From: an uncultured delta proteobacterium
Lineage (GTDB): Bacteria > Desulfobacterota > Desulfuromonadia > Geobacterales > DSM-12255
Assembly: GCA_963787125.1 (NCBI GenBank)
Contig: CAWBBV010000014.1
Span: 32,001 to 96,000 of the forward strand
Direction: 5' to 3'
Length of the DNA stretch: 64,000 nt
Every line of letters starts with the position of its first letter. Position 1 is the stretch's first letter. The translations under genes were made by a program, and so were the position numbers. The notes under the pieces were generated by a model, which was not told the DNA's origin, searched no databases, and was given only the letters and a program-made list of their open reading frames with translations. Below are positions 9,862 to 19,303 of this stretch, piece by piece.

Positions 9862-11535
9862 TCATTCTCTGAGTGAATAAGGCCAGGTGAGGATTCCACC
9901 ATCCATGAATTTGGTATTTTCAAAACCTGCCGCATCCAGAATCTTTTGAGCTTCATAGCCTCGTAGGCTGACCTTGCAGAAGGTAATGATTTCCTTGTCT
10001 CGGGGAAGCTCTTCCAGTTTTTCCCGCAACATCCCCAAGGGGATTAACTTTGCCCCGGCTATACCAATCTCACCATGCTCTGCCGGAGATCTTACATCAA
10101 GCAGGATGAAATCATCCTCTTCGTCGAATTTACGTTTCACCTCATGGGGTGAGATCCCCCTGGCGTGGCCTGACAATTTATTTTTCATGATATCAGCAGC
10201 CACAATGAGGTTATCCATGGCGGCGGAATACGGTGGCGCGTAGGCAAGGTCTATCTGCGACAACTGCTCAGCTGTCGCATGAAAGGTTATAGCAGTTGCT
10301 GCCGTATCCAGTCGCTTGTCCACATTCCCTTCGCCTGCAGCCTGCAGACCGAGAAGTCTGCCAGTTTTACGTTCGGCTATGAGTTTCAGAACAATTGGTT
10401 TTGCTCCAGGGAAGAAGTGCGCTTTGTCGTGAGCCGGGGAGAGTACTGTCTCTATGTCAAAACCATTGGCAAGAGCCTCGGTCTCGCTAAGTCCGGTTTT
10501 ACCAGCATTAATGTTGAACACCCTGAGGATGCTGGTGCCTATAACACCTGCAAAGGTAGCATCGCCACCGGCAGCATTAATCCCGGCAATACGCCCCTGC
10601 TTATTTGCCGTACTGCCCAGGGGGATATGGACTTTTTTCCCCGTGAGCAGGTGGGTGGTTTCGCAACAGTCACCACAGGCATAAATGTCGGGATCATTGG
10701 TGCAAAGCCGCGCATCAACCAAGATGGCACCAGTTATGCCAATTTCAAGACCGGCGCCCATTGCCAAGCAAACATTGGGTGTGACTCCAGGAGCAAGGAC
10801 AACCAGATCGGCAGGCAACACCTGCTCACCAATACACACTTCTTCTACACGGGTGCTGCCGTTGAATCCGGTAACAGCGCAGCCAGTCATGACCGTCACA
10901 CCCTGCTGTCGAAGTTGTTTCTCTACGAGAAAAGCTATTTCCGGGTCAAGCACTCCAGGCAGAAGCTGGTCACGCATTTCTATTACCGTCACCTGCATAC
11001 CTTTTTGCTGCAATGCCTCAGCTGTTTCCAGGCCAATAAGCCCACCGCCGACGATGCAGGCTGTTCCGCCTGAAAGGGCATTTATCTTCAGCAGTTCGGC
11101 ATCTTCGATTGACTTCACGGTCAAAATTCCGGGCAAATCAACATTACTTATTTTCGGGATAAACGGTGTACTGCCTGTGGCAATGATCAAGCGGTCGTAA
11201 TCAAGATGCGATTTCTGGCCGGTTGTCGCTTCGAGGAGATGAACTATTTTAGATTCGCGGTCAATACGTGTCACTTCAGTATGTGTCTTGACCGTGACAC
11301 CCTTGACCTTATGGAAGAAGTTAGCATCACGGACAACACCGACAGGTGTACTCATCAATTCCTGCACAGTTGCAACCGTATCAGAGACGAAATATGGAAT
11401 TCCGCAAGCACCATAGGAGATGAAACTCCCTCTATCAATCATGGTGACATCAGCTTTTGGGTTAATTCTTTTCGCTTTTGAAGCGGCTTTGGCTCCTGCA
11501 GCATTTGCTCCGATTACAACAATCCGCATTTTCAT
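9862..11535 (-). CDS. CoA-disulfide reductase-like FAD oxidoreductase with C-terminal rhodanese domain
   Basis: SYGACGIPY redox Cys, GGGLIGLE, DLAYAPPY, rhodanese DVRS...FCKVSLRG. Confidence 0.92.
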   Translation of the reverse strand: MKMRIVVIGANAAGAKAASKAKRINPKADVTMIDRGSFISYGACGIPYFVSDTVATVQELMSTPVGVVRDANFFHKVKGVTVKTHTEVTRIDRESKIVHLLEATTGQKSHLDYDRLIIATGSTPFIPKISNVDLPGILTVKSIEDAELLKINALSGGTACIVGGGLIGLETAEALQQKGMQVTVIEMRDQLLPGVLDPEIAFLVEKQLRQQGVTVMTGCAVTGFNGSTRVEEVCIGEQVLPADLVVLAPGVTPNVCLAMGAGLEIGITGAILVDARLCTNDPDIYACGDCCETTHLLTGKKVHIPLGSTANKQGRIAGINAAGGDATFAGVIGTSILRVFNINAGKTGLSETEALANGFDIETVLSPAHDKAHFFPGAKPIVLKLIAERKTGRLLGLQAAGEGNVDKRLDTAATAITFHATAEQLSQIDLAYAPPYSAAMDNLIVAADIMKNKLSGHARGISPHEVKRKFDEEDDFILLDVRSPAEHGEIGIAGAKLIPLGMLREKLEELPRDKEIITFCKVSLRGYEAQKILDAAGFENTKFMDGGILTWPYSLRE

Positions 11536-11559
11536 TCATTATCTCCCGAATAAACAAAT

Positions 11560-13381
11560 CGTTGTGTCAAACTTCTTGACATGTCTTTTTGCTTTTCAGT
11601 TCTAATTTCAATGCATTACCAATCAAAGTCTTGCCTCCCCCCGTGATTCTGGTTAAGAATGCCAGTTATGGAGGGCTAGCTCATGTCGTACCTATCCAAA
11701 ACTGCCCGGTTTGTTGTCTGGATTTGCTCCAAGTTTACAAAGACCGAGATTGAACAGATCGTCGTCGGGTTGTCAGATGTCCTCGAAAATCGTAATCCTG
11801 AAGTTAAGCCAAAGGACGATTTCAAAGAGAAACATCCGAACTACAGAAACTTTATTGTCGATCCCAAGCCGCCACTGACTGAGCCCCCAAAGTTTAAAAA
11901 AAAGACCTCGATCAAAAAGACTACCGGCAACTCCTGATTGAGTACGAAACACTTCACGGAAAGTCTCTTGCTCCGGTCAAGCTCCGGGCGGGTTCATCAC
12001 CGGTTCCAGTGCATGTCACCTGTCCCTGCTGCGGAGCGCCAAATACTTATCTCTACTTCAACGACGGAAAGAAGCGCTCTCAAGTTCTCTGCAAGGTTTG
12101 CTCTCAACTCTTCCAACTCCAACAGCGCTTCAGAACCAACAGAAAGTCAAAGCTCTTCTGTCCCCATTGCGGGCTGGCTCTCTTCAGGTGGAAGTCGCAA
12201 AAGGAAGTGACCATCCACAAGTGCCCAAATGATAACTGTCCTCACCGTATCCAGGCGCTTGCCAAGCTCAATAAAGCCGAGAAAGAGCTGATGAAAAAGA
12301 AAAGTTCTCAGTTCAAAATCAACTACCAGTACCGCGAATATCACTACAAACCGGAAGAGTTGGAACTCTCTTCTCCGGACAAACCGCCGGTCGAACTGGC
12401 GAGAATCCATAACAGCGAAAACGTGCTTGGCCTGATTCTGACTTTCTATGTTTCATTCGCCGTTCCGGCCAGAAAAACTGCTCAAATCCTGCGCGAAGTC
12501 TTCTGTATCAAGGTTTCTCATCAGACAGTTCTCAATTATGCCGCTGGCGCCGCCTGGCACTGCCACCGATTCAATCTCAAGCATAAAGGCCATATCGATA
12601 ATATCTCTGCAGGTGATGAGACCTACATCAAGATCCTGGGCAAGCACCATTATGTCTTCTTTTTTATCTCGGCAAAGAACCTGAAAATCTCCGCCTATCA
12701 CGTGGCCGATAACAGGGGCACTCAGCCTGCCATTATCGCTATGAATGAAGCCATCAGGACTGCTTCTGCCGATCAGCAAATAACCCTTGTCAGCGACGGA
12801 AACCCTTCTTATCCAGCTGGCATTCATTTCATCAATGCCCAGACTGATGATTCCCAGACGATTCAGCACAAAAAGGTTATTGGCCTCCAAAACCTTGATG
12901 CCGAGTCCGAAGAGTACAGATCCTTCAAGCAGCTCGTTGAGCGGCTCAACAGAACCTTCAAGTATCATGTAAGGCCAGCAGCAGGATTCAACAGCACAAA
13001 CGGTGCGGTATCTTTAACTACGCTGTTTGTGACCCACTACAACTTCCTCAGGCCTCACATGTCGCTAAAATATCTACCACCGGTGCCTTTGCAGGAGTTG
13101 AAGGCACTGCCGACCATTCAGGCTAGATGGACCAAGATCCTCTCGCTAGCTGCCTGACTTCCCGTCTTCAAAGATCAATTTACTGATTGTTGTTTTAATC
13201 TGACCAACTATCTCACGTGCCTGGTCACAGAGTGGCTTGCCCAAAATTCAAGCCAGTAACCACAAAGTAGTGAAGTCACAGTCTGGACAGACTCGGAAAA
13301 GATGCAGATGAAGGGCATCGTTTACTTTCGAGTACTTTCCATTTCAATATCCCGGCTTTTCATGAAACTTTTGACACTATC
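11560..13381 (+). mobile_element. IS6-like insertion sequence with 8-bp target duplication
   Basis: Imperfect IRs CGTTGTGTCAAA / TTTGACACTATC; AAACAAAT duplicated at 11552-11559 and 13382-13389. Confidence 0.85.
11683..13157 (+). CDS. DDE transposase, split by a -1 frameshift at an A8 run (~11896-11903)
   Basis: ORF1 (11683-11937) joins the ORF2 frame after TTTAAAAAAAAG; Zn-ribbon CxxC motifs, GDETY, SDGNPSY, VERLNRTFK. Confidence 0.85.
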
Positions 13382-13424
13382 AAACAAATAGTCAGTCCAA
13401 AAGAACTGCAATCAATAATTTCTC

Positions 13425-14204
13425 TCAGCTACTTTTCTTGTGGCTGCCCGGCACTTCTCCAGGCAGCCATATGTCCTTCAAGAAGTTTGACATTTCAGAA
13501 GTTTTGCACGGATGCTCTTTTGATCTAGTCGGTCTCAAGACATTGAGCCGCCGTTCTGCATCAAGGATGAAACCATTCACAGTTCGGTGCAGATAGAGGT
13601 ATGCCTTGACTTCGTTTACAAAGCCTTCAGGATGTTGCCGGTATCCCGGCATCATGTTTTCAAAAAAGTCTTCGTAATTGTCGAATTGGAATTGGGTGTA
13701 AAAATGAGTAGTTCCTTCCATTGTCCATCCATCCAGGGCAGACATGGCTCGAATGGCCGCCTCTTTTGCTGGCCCCTCGGCACCGCTGCCCGCTCCGTAA
13801 TGTTCTTTTACAAAAGTGAAGGAACCTTTATCCCCAGGTTCCACTACAATGATGAGCCCATTTCTTTTGAGCAGTGCGGTCGCCTTCTTCAGACTACCTG
13901 CCATTTCCGCAACAGGGACATGATGAAGTGAGAGTGTATATATAATCACGTCTACGGTCCCATCAGTTAAGTCCGGTACCCCTTCAGGCTCTCGCATAAA
14001 CGTGATGTTGTCATTAGTATTGCCTTGCCTAGCTAATTTGATAGCTGAGGCATCAGGATCAGTAGCCACTATCCATCTGGCATGCCTTGCTAAATCACGA
14101 GTTATCCGTCCTTTCCCGCAACCTATTTCGAGAACTACCTTCCCGCTGAGATCACACTGTGAAAGGATTGCAGCAATGTACTGATTTGATGGGTCCTGAA
14201 TCAC
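13425..14204 (-). CDS. Class I SAM-dependent methyltransferase
   Basis: VLEIGCGKG motif I, SLHHV. Confidence 0.88.
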   Translation of the reverse strand: MIQDPSNQYIAAILSQCDLSGKVVLEIGCGKGRITRDLARHARWIVATDPDASAIKLARQGNTNDNITFMREPEGVPDLTDGTVDVIIYTLSLHHVPVAEMAGSLKKATALLKRNGLIIVVEPGDKGSFTFVKEHYGAGSGAEGPAKEAAIRAMSALDGWTMEGTTHFYTQFQFDNYEDFFENMMPGYRQHPEGFVNEVKAYLYLHRTVNGFILDAERRLNVLRPTRSKEHPCKTSEMSNFLKDIWLPGEVPGSHKKSS

Positions 14205-14260
14205 TGGCGATTTCCTTTGCTGGACTAGCCATTAATCATAAAGTGCACATGGTCACTTCA

Positions 14261-14332
14261 TCACACATGACTGGTGCAATTCCCGCCCGCATAGCAGCGG
14301 TAGCGATCACAGATGATTATTCCGATTTTTGT
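14261..14332 (-). pseudogene. CGGC-domain protein N-terminal remnant
   Basis: Reads TKIGIIICDRYRCYAGGNC, resembling the CGGC-domain start; no intact start codon, early stop. Confidence 0.5.
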
Positions 14333-14353
14333 ATATGATATCTCTCTTCAGAG

Positions 14354-14651
14354 TCAATTCCCTTCGGCCTGCTGCTTTTTTCGTAAACACCTTAGCGTAA
14401 GAACCTCGTCCAGCGTCTTACCCATAACCAGCTCAGTCGCATTCGATGAAGTTGCTATAGCTGCGCCGCAACCCTTGATCAGAAACTTTATGTCATGAAT
14501 AATTTCATTCTCGATTTTGATGAAAAAAAACAAGTGCATCACCACATTCCGGATCACCTGCCTTTACCACTACGTTGGCGTCTTCCAAAGACCCGACGTT
14601 TCTCGGGTTATGAACATGGTCCAGCACTTTTGAGGTATAGAATGAACTCAT
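14354..14651 (-). pseudogene. IscU/NifU-N Fe-S scaffold, frameshifted and truncated
   Basis: MSSFYTSKVLDHVHNPRNVG...GDPECGD, extra base in the 8-nt run at 14523-14530, then KGCGAAIATSS; C-terminal HC motif missing. Confidence 0.8.
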
Positions 14652-15013
14652 GGAGAGGTTCCTTTCGTACAACCTGGCAATTTATTCGAAGGACATTCTT
14701 TATCTGCCAAAATCTCTTTATTTAGCTCATCGCCGACAATTGCCAGTGCCTTCTGCCCGACAAGAGCCTGAGCTACCTTTTTGCGGGCACTGGCCACCAG
14801 TCGTTGAACCGTACCTCGGGATACTCCCATACAAACGCCTGCTTCTTCCTGGGTCATCCCTTTGTCATCACAGAGATGCAGACTCTCCAGTTCGTCTAGC
14901 GCAAGATGAGTTATCTCCATATCCTTGAGAGGGATTCCGGCAGGTTTAAAAACCGCGGAGAACCCCGCACGGTGAGGACAGGCACAATTTCTCGGCTTCT
15001 GTGGACGTGACAT
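14648..15013 (-). CDS. DUF134-family HTH protein
   Basis: MSRPQKPR...FKPAGIP...DELESLHLCD..GMTQEEAGVCMGVSRGT. Confidence 0.85.
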   Translation of the reverse strand: MSRPQKPRNCACPHRAGFSAVFKPAGIPLKDMEITHLALDELESLHLCDDKGMTQEEAGVCMGVSRGTVQRLVASARKKVAQALVGQKALAIVGDELNKEILADKECPSNKLPGCTKGTSP

Positions 15014-15070
15014 CAGGCTGCATCTCTGACCAAGGCCCAGTGTCCTGAGATTCCTGCAACTCGACATAGG

Positions 15071-15661
15071 TCAAGGTTTAACACCCACTATCTGAATCAC
15101 CGATGCCAGTCCAGTATGCCTGCTCCCCTCACGAACTTCCCGTTCCAGTTGAACAGCGTGGATAAGCTCCAGCCCGTCAAGTTCCCGTTTCAGCTCATCC
15201 AGTGACATAAGCATATCAAGTGACTTCGGCCCGCCGGTGTCATTGTTAAACTGCTCTTTGCTGAAAGCCTCCAGCACGAAAACACCACCTGGTTTCAAAC
15301 CAAGGACAGCTGCCTTGTGAAGTGGAATGCGGATTATTGAGGGGACGTGGCAATAACTGGCAATGATGCCATCCCACTTTTCCGCCTCTATCGTGAAGTT
15401 GCTCAGGTCGGCATGAATCGTCGTAATGATGACACCCAGTTCAGTAGCCAGCTCCTCAGCTTTACGCAGGCCGACCTCCGCGCCGTCAACACCGGTCACC
15501 TCATATCCCAGTGATGCCAGATAGACGGCGTTTCGTCCTTCACCCTCAGCCAAAGACAGAATCTTCCCGGGCGGAATCTTGTCAACTACCGAGGCAAGAA
15601 ACTCATTTGGTGCCGTTCCATAAGCAAAACCCGGTTCGCTGTAGCGTTCATCCCAATCCAT
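15071..15661 (-). CDS. Class I SAM-dependent methyltransferase (TehB-like)
   Basis: WDERY...YGTAPNEFL, LSLAEGEGRNAVYLA. Confidence 0.88.
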   Translation of the reverse strand: MDWDERYSEPGFAYGTAPNEFLASVVDKIPPGKILSLAEGEGRNAVYLASLGYEVTGVDGAEVGLRKAEELATELGVIITTIHADLSNFTIEAEKWDGIIASYCHVPSIIRIPLHKAAVLGLKPGGVFVLEAFSKEQFNNDTGGPKSLDMLMSLDELKRELDGLELIHAVQLEREVREGSRHTGLASVIQIVGVKP

Positions 15662-15710
15662 AGCACCCTCCGATGTTCTAACCCTGATAAACAGGATAAT
15701 TTCTAACTTG

Positions 15711-16415
15711 CTAATTACTTATTTCGTTAGTAATCCGACCATCACTGACATGAAATATCCGGTCGAACCCTTCCACCATACGATGATCGTGGGTAACAAC
15801 CAGAATGGCCGAATGGTTTTCAACTGCCAGCTTCTTCAAGAGATCCATGACGTTTTTACCATTCTCTGTGTCCAGCGCAGCGGTCGGCTCATCGGCCAGA
15901 ATCACCTTCGGTTTGTTTGCTAAAGCCCGCGCTATGGCAACCCGTTGCGCTTCACCTCCCGAAAGAGCCGTAGGGTAGCTGTTCAGTCGGTGACCCAGAT
16001 TAAGTGCGACAAGCAGTTCTGTTGCCCGGCTTTTAGCCTCCGGTCTTGACAGGTGGTTGATCTCCAGTGCAATCATGACGTTCTCCAATGCGGTCAGAAA
16101 AGGGATCAGGTTGTGGGCCTGAAAGATGAATCCGAGCTTTTCCCGACGCAGTCGTTTTAGATCCAAACCCGACAGCCACCCTTCATCGGCGACTGTTACA
16201 CCATCAAGAATAACCCGGCCGTGCGTCGGATCATTGATAAGACCGATGCAGGTAAGCAGAGTGGTTTTGCCTGAGCCGGACGGACCAAGGATAGCAACCA
16301 ACTCTCCGGGCATGACCTGTAATGTGGCATCGGCAATAGCGGTAACTGCTGTCTCGCCCTTACCATAAATTTTCGTCAGCTTTTCTACTTCTATTGCATA
16401 CACGATCTTATCCAC
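15711..16415 (-). CDS. ABC transporter ATP-binding protein (LolD/MacB-like)
   Basis: GPSGSGKT, LSGGE, ILADEPT, VTHD. Confidence 0.95.
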   Translation of the reverse strand: MDKIVYAIEVEKLTKIYGKGETAVTAIADATLQVMPGELVAILGPSGSGKTTLLTCIGLINDPTHGRVILDGVTVADEGWLSGLDLKRLRREKLGFIFQAHNLIPFLTALENVMIALEINHLSRPEAKSRATELLVALNLGHRLNSYPTALSGGEAQRVAIARALANKPKVILADEPTAALDTENGKNVMDLLKKLAVENHSAILVVTHDHRMVEGFDRIFHVSDGRITNEISN

Positions 16416-17610
16416 CCAAAGCCTCCGCCGGTTCTACCTTCAATGCCTTTCTGATCCCCACAAAGCTGGAAATCATGCAAATGGCGATAACAATGACAAA
16501 GAGCATCTGCAGATCAAACGCTTCCAGAACGACCCGCCGGGGAAACTTTTCATAGGTCATTAAAATCAGTCCATAGCCGATAAAATAAGCGATTACACCC
16601 ATCAGCAGCGACTGCTGAAGAATCATGCCGATGATCACCCGGTTCTGAGAACCTATCAGCTTCAGGGTAGCTATCACCTTGATCTTGTCGAGAGTCGAAG
16701 TGTAAATGATGAGAGAAATGATAACGGCAGAGATCACCAGCAGGATGATCCGGAACAGGCCCAACTGCATTCTTGCCTTTTCGATCATCCCCTTGGTAAG
16801 GATCTTTGTCTGCTCTTCTACCGAGATCGGACGGAAGTGGTTCCAGCGGCGGATCCGTTCCTGCACCTCTTTTAAATTAGCTCCAGGCGCCAACCGCGCT
16901 ACAACCGTGTTCACCGTGTGGGTTGATTGTGTAAGAGCGGCTATGTTCTGCTGCAGATATCTTGCCTGGGCCGGAGAGATGGACTGAACTCCGGCCAGGT
17001 TCGCCCCGATCCTCTCCCGATCGTTACGGATAGCATCGTTGTCCTTTTTGAACTGGATATCCTGGGCATCAGCCAGGCTTACATAAGCCGCCGGATCGCC
17101 TCCTGACGAAACCACCTTGCCGGTGATCCCCACAACCGTGTATTCATGGAGCCCCAAACGAATCTTTTCGCCGATCTCCATCTTCATCCCCTTGGCGACC
17201 ACCATTTCATAATGTTTCTGGCGAATGTTTCGTCCGGCGAGGATCACCGGCGGCCCACCAAAACCATTCAGGTCGTAGCCGATCAGAAAAAACCGGAGAG
17301 GCTTTTCCAAGCGCTCAATCTGGATCGTCTGGAACGAAAGTGGCGATGCCTCCGCCACTCCCGGAACCGCTTTTATGCGGTATTTGATATCCTCTGGAAT
17401 GCGCGAGTTTTCAGCAAAGGGACCGTTGGTATCCTGCTGTACCACCCAAATATCGGCCTTGGTGATATCGAGAATGGTCAGCGCGTCGGCAAAAAGCCCC
17501 CGGTAGATGCCGCCCATGCTCATTACCACCCCGAGGAGGAGCCCCAGGCCGATGGAGGTAAGAACGAACCTCCCGCGGTGATAGCGTATATCCCGTATGG
17601 CAAGATTCAT
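16408..17610 (-). CDS. ABC transporter permease (MacB/FtsX type)
   Basis: N-terminal TM, periplasmic domain, three C-terminal TMs, ATLKLIG motif. Confidence 0.92.
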   Translation of the reverse strand: MNLAIRDIRYHRGRFVLTSIGLGLLLGVVMSMGGIYRGLFADALTILDITKADIWVVQQDTNGPFAENSRIPEDIKYRIKAVPGVAEASPLSFQTIQIERLEKPLRFFLIGYDLNGFGGPPVILAGRNIRQKHYEMVVAKGMKMEIGEKIRLGLHEYTVVGITGKVVSSGGDPAAYVSLADAQDIQFKKDNDAIRNDRERIGANLAGVQSISPAQARYLQQNIAALTQSTHTVNTVVARLAPGANLKEVQERIRRWNHFRPISVEEQTKILTKGMIEKARMQLGLFRIILLVISAVIISLIIYTSTLDKIKVIATLKLIGSQNRVIIGMILQQSLLMGVIAYFIGYGLILMTYEKFPRRVVLEAFDLQMLFVIVIAICMISSFVGIRKALKVEPAEALGG

Positions 17611-18779
17611 TGTTTTATCTGCACTTTCATACCTTCGCTGAATTTTGCCATCTCAGGTGGAGATGCCTTAGCAACCCGTTCACCGCCATCGAGACCGGTA
17701 ACTATTTCAGTAAAGTTACGCCGGTCTGCGATGCCGACCGCAACTTCCTTGAAGGCAAGTTTTCCGTTCTTAACCAGCCAGACACCGCGCTTTTTATCCT
17801 TCATAACAATGGTGACAGAGGGGAGGGACAGAGCATCCTTCTTCATCCCGGCAACAATGTAGACATCAGACTGCTCGCCCAGGCGGAAGTTTTTCAGCGG
17901 TTCGCTGAACGCTACATCTACTTCCAGTTCTTCGGTTACCCGGTCGCTCTGACGGCCCAGACGGGAAACGTGGCCGGAAAGTTGTTCATCCGGCAGTGAG
18001 CGCAGCGTGATCATGGCCTTCTTGCCGACAGCCACTCCTTGCAGTTGTGATTCGTCCACGTTGGCCTTGACCCAGACGGTTTTGGGGTCAGCCATGGTAA
18101 AAATCGACATCCCCGGTGTCACTGTGGCTCCCGCTTCCAGGTCACGGGTGATGATGACTCCATCCTGGGGCGCATAGATACGGGTATCTGCTACCTTGCT
18201 CTTGGCAAAACCAAGCCCGGCACGATTTGCTGCCTGCTCCATCTGTACCGCTTCAATTGAAGCAGAACTGCGGACAACATCTGCTTTGGCAACTTGATAG
18301 GCATTTTCATACTGCTCGGCCTCCTGCTTTGACACCACTCCACTGTCTAACAGAGCTTTAAACCGCCGGGCATTGTCCTCCGCCAGAACCAAATTAGCGC
18401 GAGCCTTCTGCAGATTGGCCTTTTCCACATTCAGATTTGCAGCGGATTTGCTGACACCAGCCTCGGATTGCTGCTGCTGTTGAAACAGGTCGTCACTTTC
18501 AAGCCGGGCAAGTAACTGGCCGCGCTTGACATGCTCGCCCTGGTCGGCATGCAGGCTTACAATCCGCCCGGTGATCTTGCTTGAAACACCAACCACAACC
18601 CTGGCCTCAACAGTGCCATTGCCGTATACCTGGGCGGTAAGATCGCGTTTCTCGACGCTCACGACTTTCACCGTAGACGGGGCAAATAGCATCATTTTAA
18701 GAACAAATACGCCAACAATCAGAACTACGAGCCAGAGCAGATATTTTTTCTTTCGTGCCAATTTATTCAACAGCTCCAT
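17607..18779 (-). CDS. Efflux periplasmic adaptor (MacA/HlyD type)
   Basis: N-terminal TM, VSSKITGRI, YAPQDG. Confidence 0.92.
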   Translation of the reverse strand: MELLNKLARKKKYLLWLVVLIVGVFVLKMMLFAPSTVKVVSVEKRDLTAQVYGNGTVEARVVVGVSSKITGRIVSLHADQGEHVKRGQLLARLESDDLFQQQQQSEAGVSKSAANLNVEKANLQKARANLVLAEDNARRFKALLDSGVVSKQEAEQYENAYQVAKADVVRSSASIEAVQMEQAANRAGLGFAKSKVADTRIYAPQDGVIITRDLEAGATVTPGMSIFTMADPKTVWVKANVDESQLQGVAVGKKAMITLRSLPDEQLSGHVSRLGRQSDRVTEELEVDVAFSEPLKNFRLGEQSDVYIVAGMKKDALSLPSVTIVMKDKKRGVWLVKNGKLAFKEVAVGIADRRNFTEIVTGLDGGERVAKASPPEMAKFSEGMKVQIKQ

Positions 18780-18937
18780 GCATTTCTCCCTTCCTACGTC
18801 CTGAATGCCCGTACAACCACAAACCCGCCGCTGCCGTGACCTTCCCGAACTTTCAGGTTGATTGATTTTCCCGGCACCAGGGTTTGCCGGGAGGCAAAGT
18901 TGCGTAATCGTCAGCCTGTTGATCGAAATGTACTGTT

Positions 18938-19207
18938 TTAGCCACTGTTTCCTGCCAGCTCCCGTTCAATATACCCCAGCATTCTACTTGTCGATGTGGC
19001 AACGTCCAAAGGGACCCATGAAGCGTTGAGGAAGACGGTTGTTGCTCCTCTTAGCACATAGTTGGCGGCTTCTGGCGAGTCGATGAGGTGAATTGCTACG
19101 TCAATCTTGTCACCAAAGTGTGTTTTCATTTTATTGGCTACACCTGTAGCCAGGGCACAACTACTTCAACCACGGCTTCCGGTGTGAAATACGACCACTT
19201 TCAACAT
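18938..19207 (-). CDS. Putative selenoprotein with UxxC motif, thioredoxin-like (89 aa)
   Basis: AAGGAG RBS and ATG 19207; MLKVVVFHTGSRG-UGA-SSCALATGVANKMKTHF...; UGA at 19168-19166 is in frame with ORF 18938..19129; SECIS-like hairpin follows. Confidence 0.8.
19135..19152 (-). promoter_or_regulatory. Bacterial SECIS-like hairpin
   Basis: TGGCTAC-AGGT-GTAGCCA; loop starts 20 nt after UGA, with G at loop position 2. Confidence 0.7.
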
Positions 19208-19303
19208 GTAGTTCTCCTTGATGGTTACGATACTGGAAAGTTCACAAACTTCGCGACCTACATTACACAGATTTTCGCTCCAACAGACTTTCAGTCGGCA
19301 GCG

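Noticed and set aside
14648..14650. Sec read-through at the DUF134 UGA
   Set aside because: The UGA overlaps the iscU start (ATGA coupling) and has no redox-motif context
18938..19129. 63-aa ORF as a complete gene
   Set aside because: Starts at an internal Met; the RBS-supported start is 19207, with an in-frame UGA
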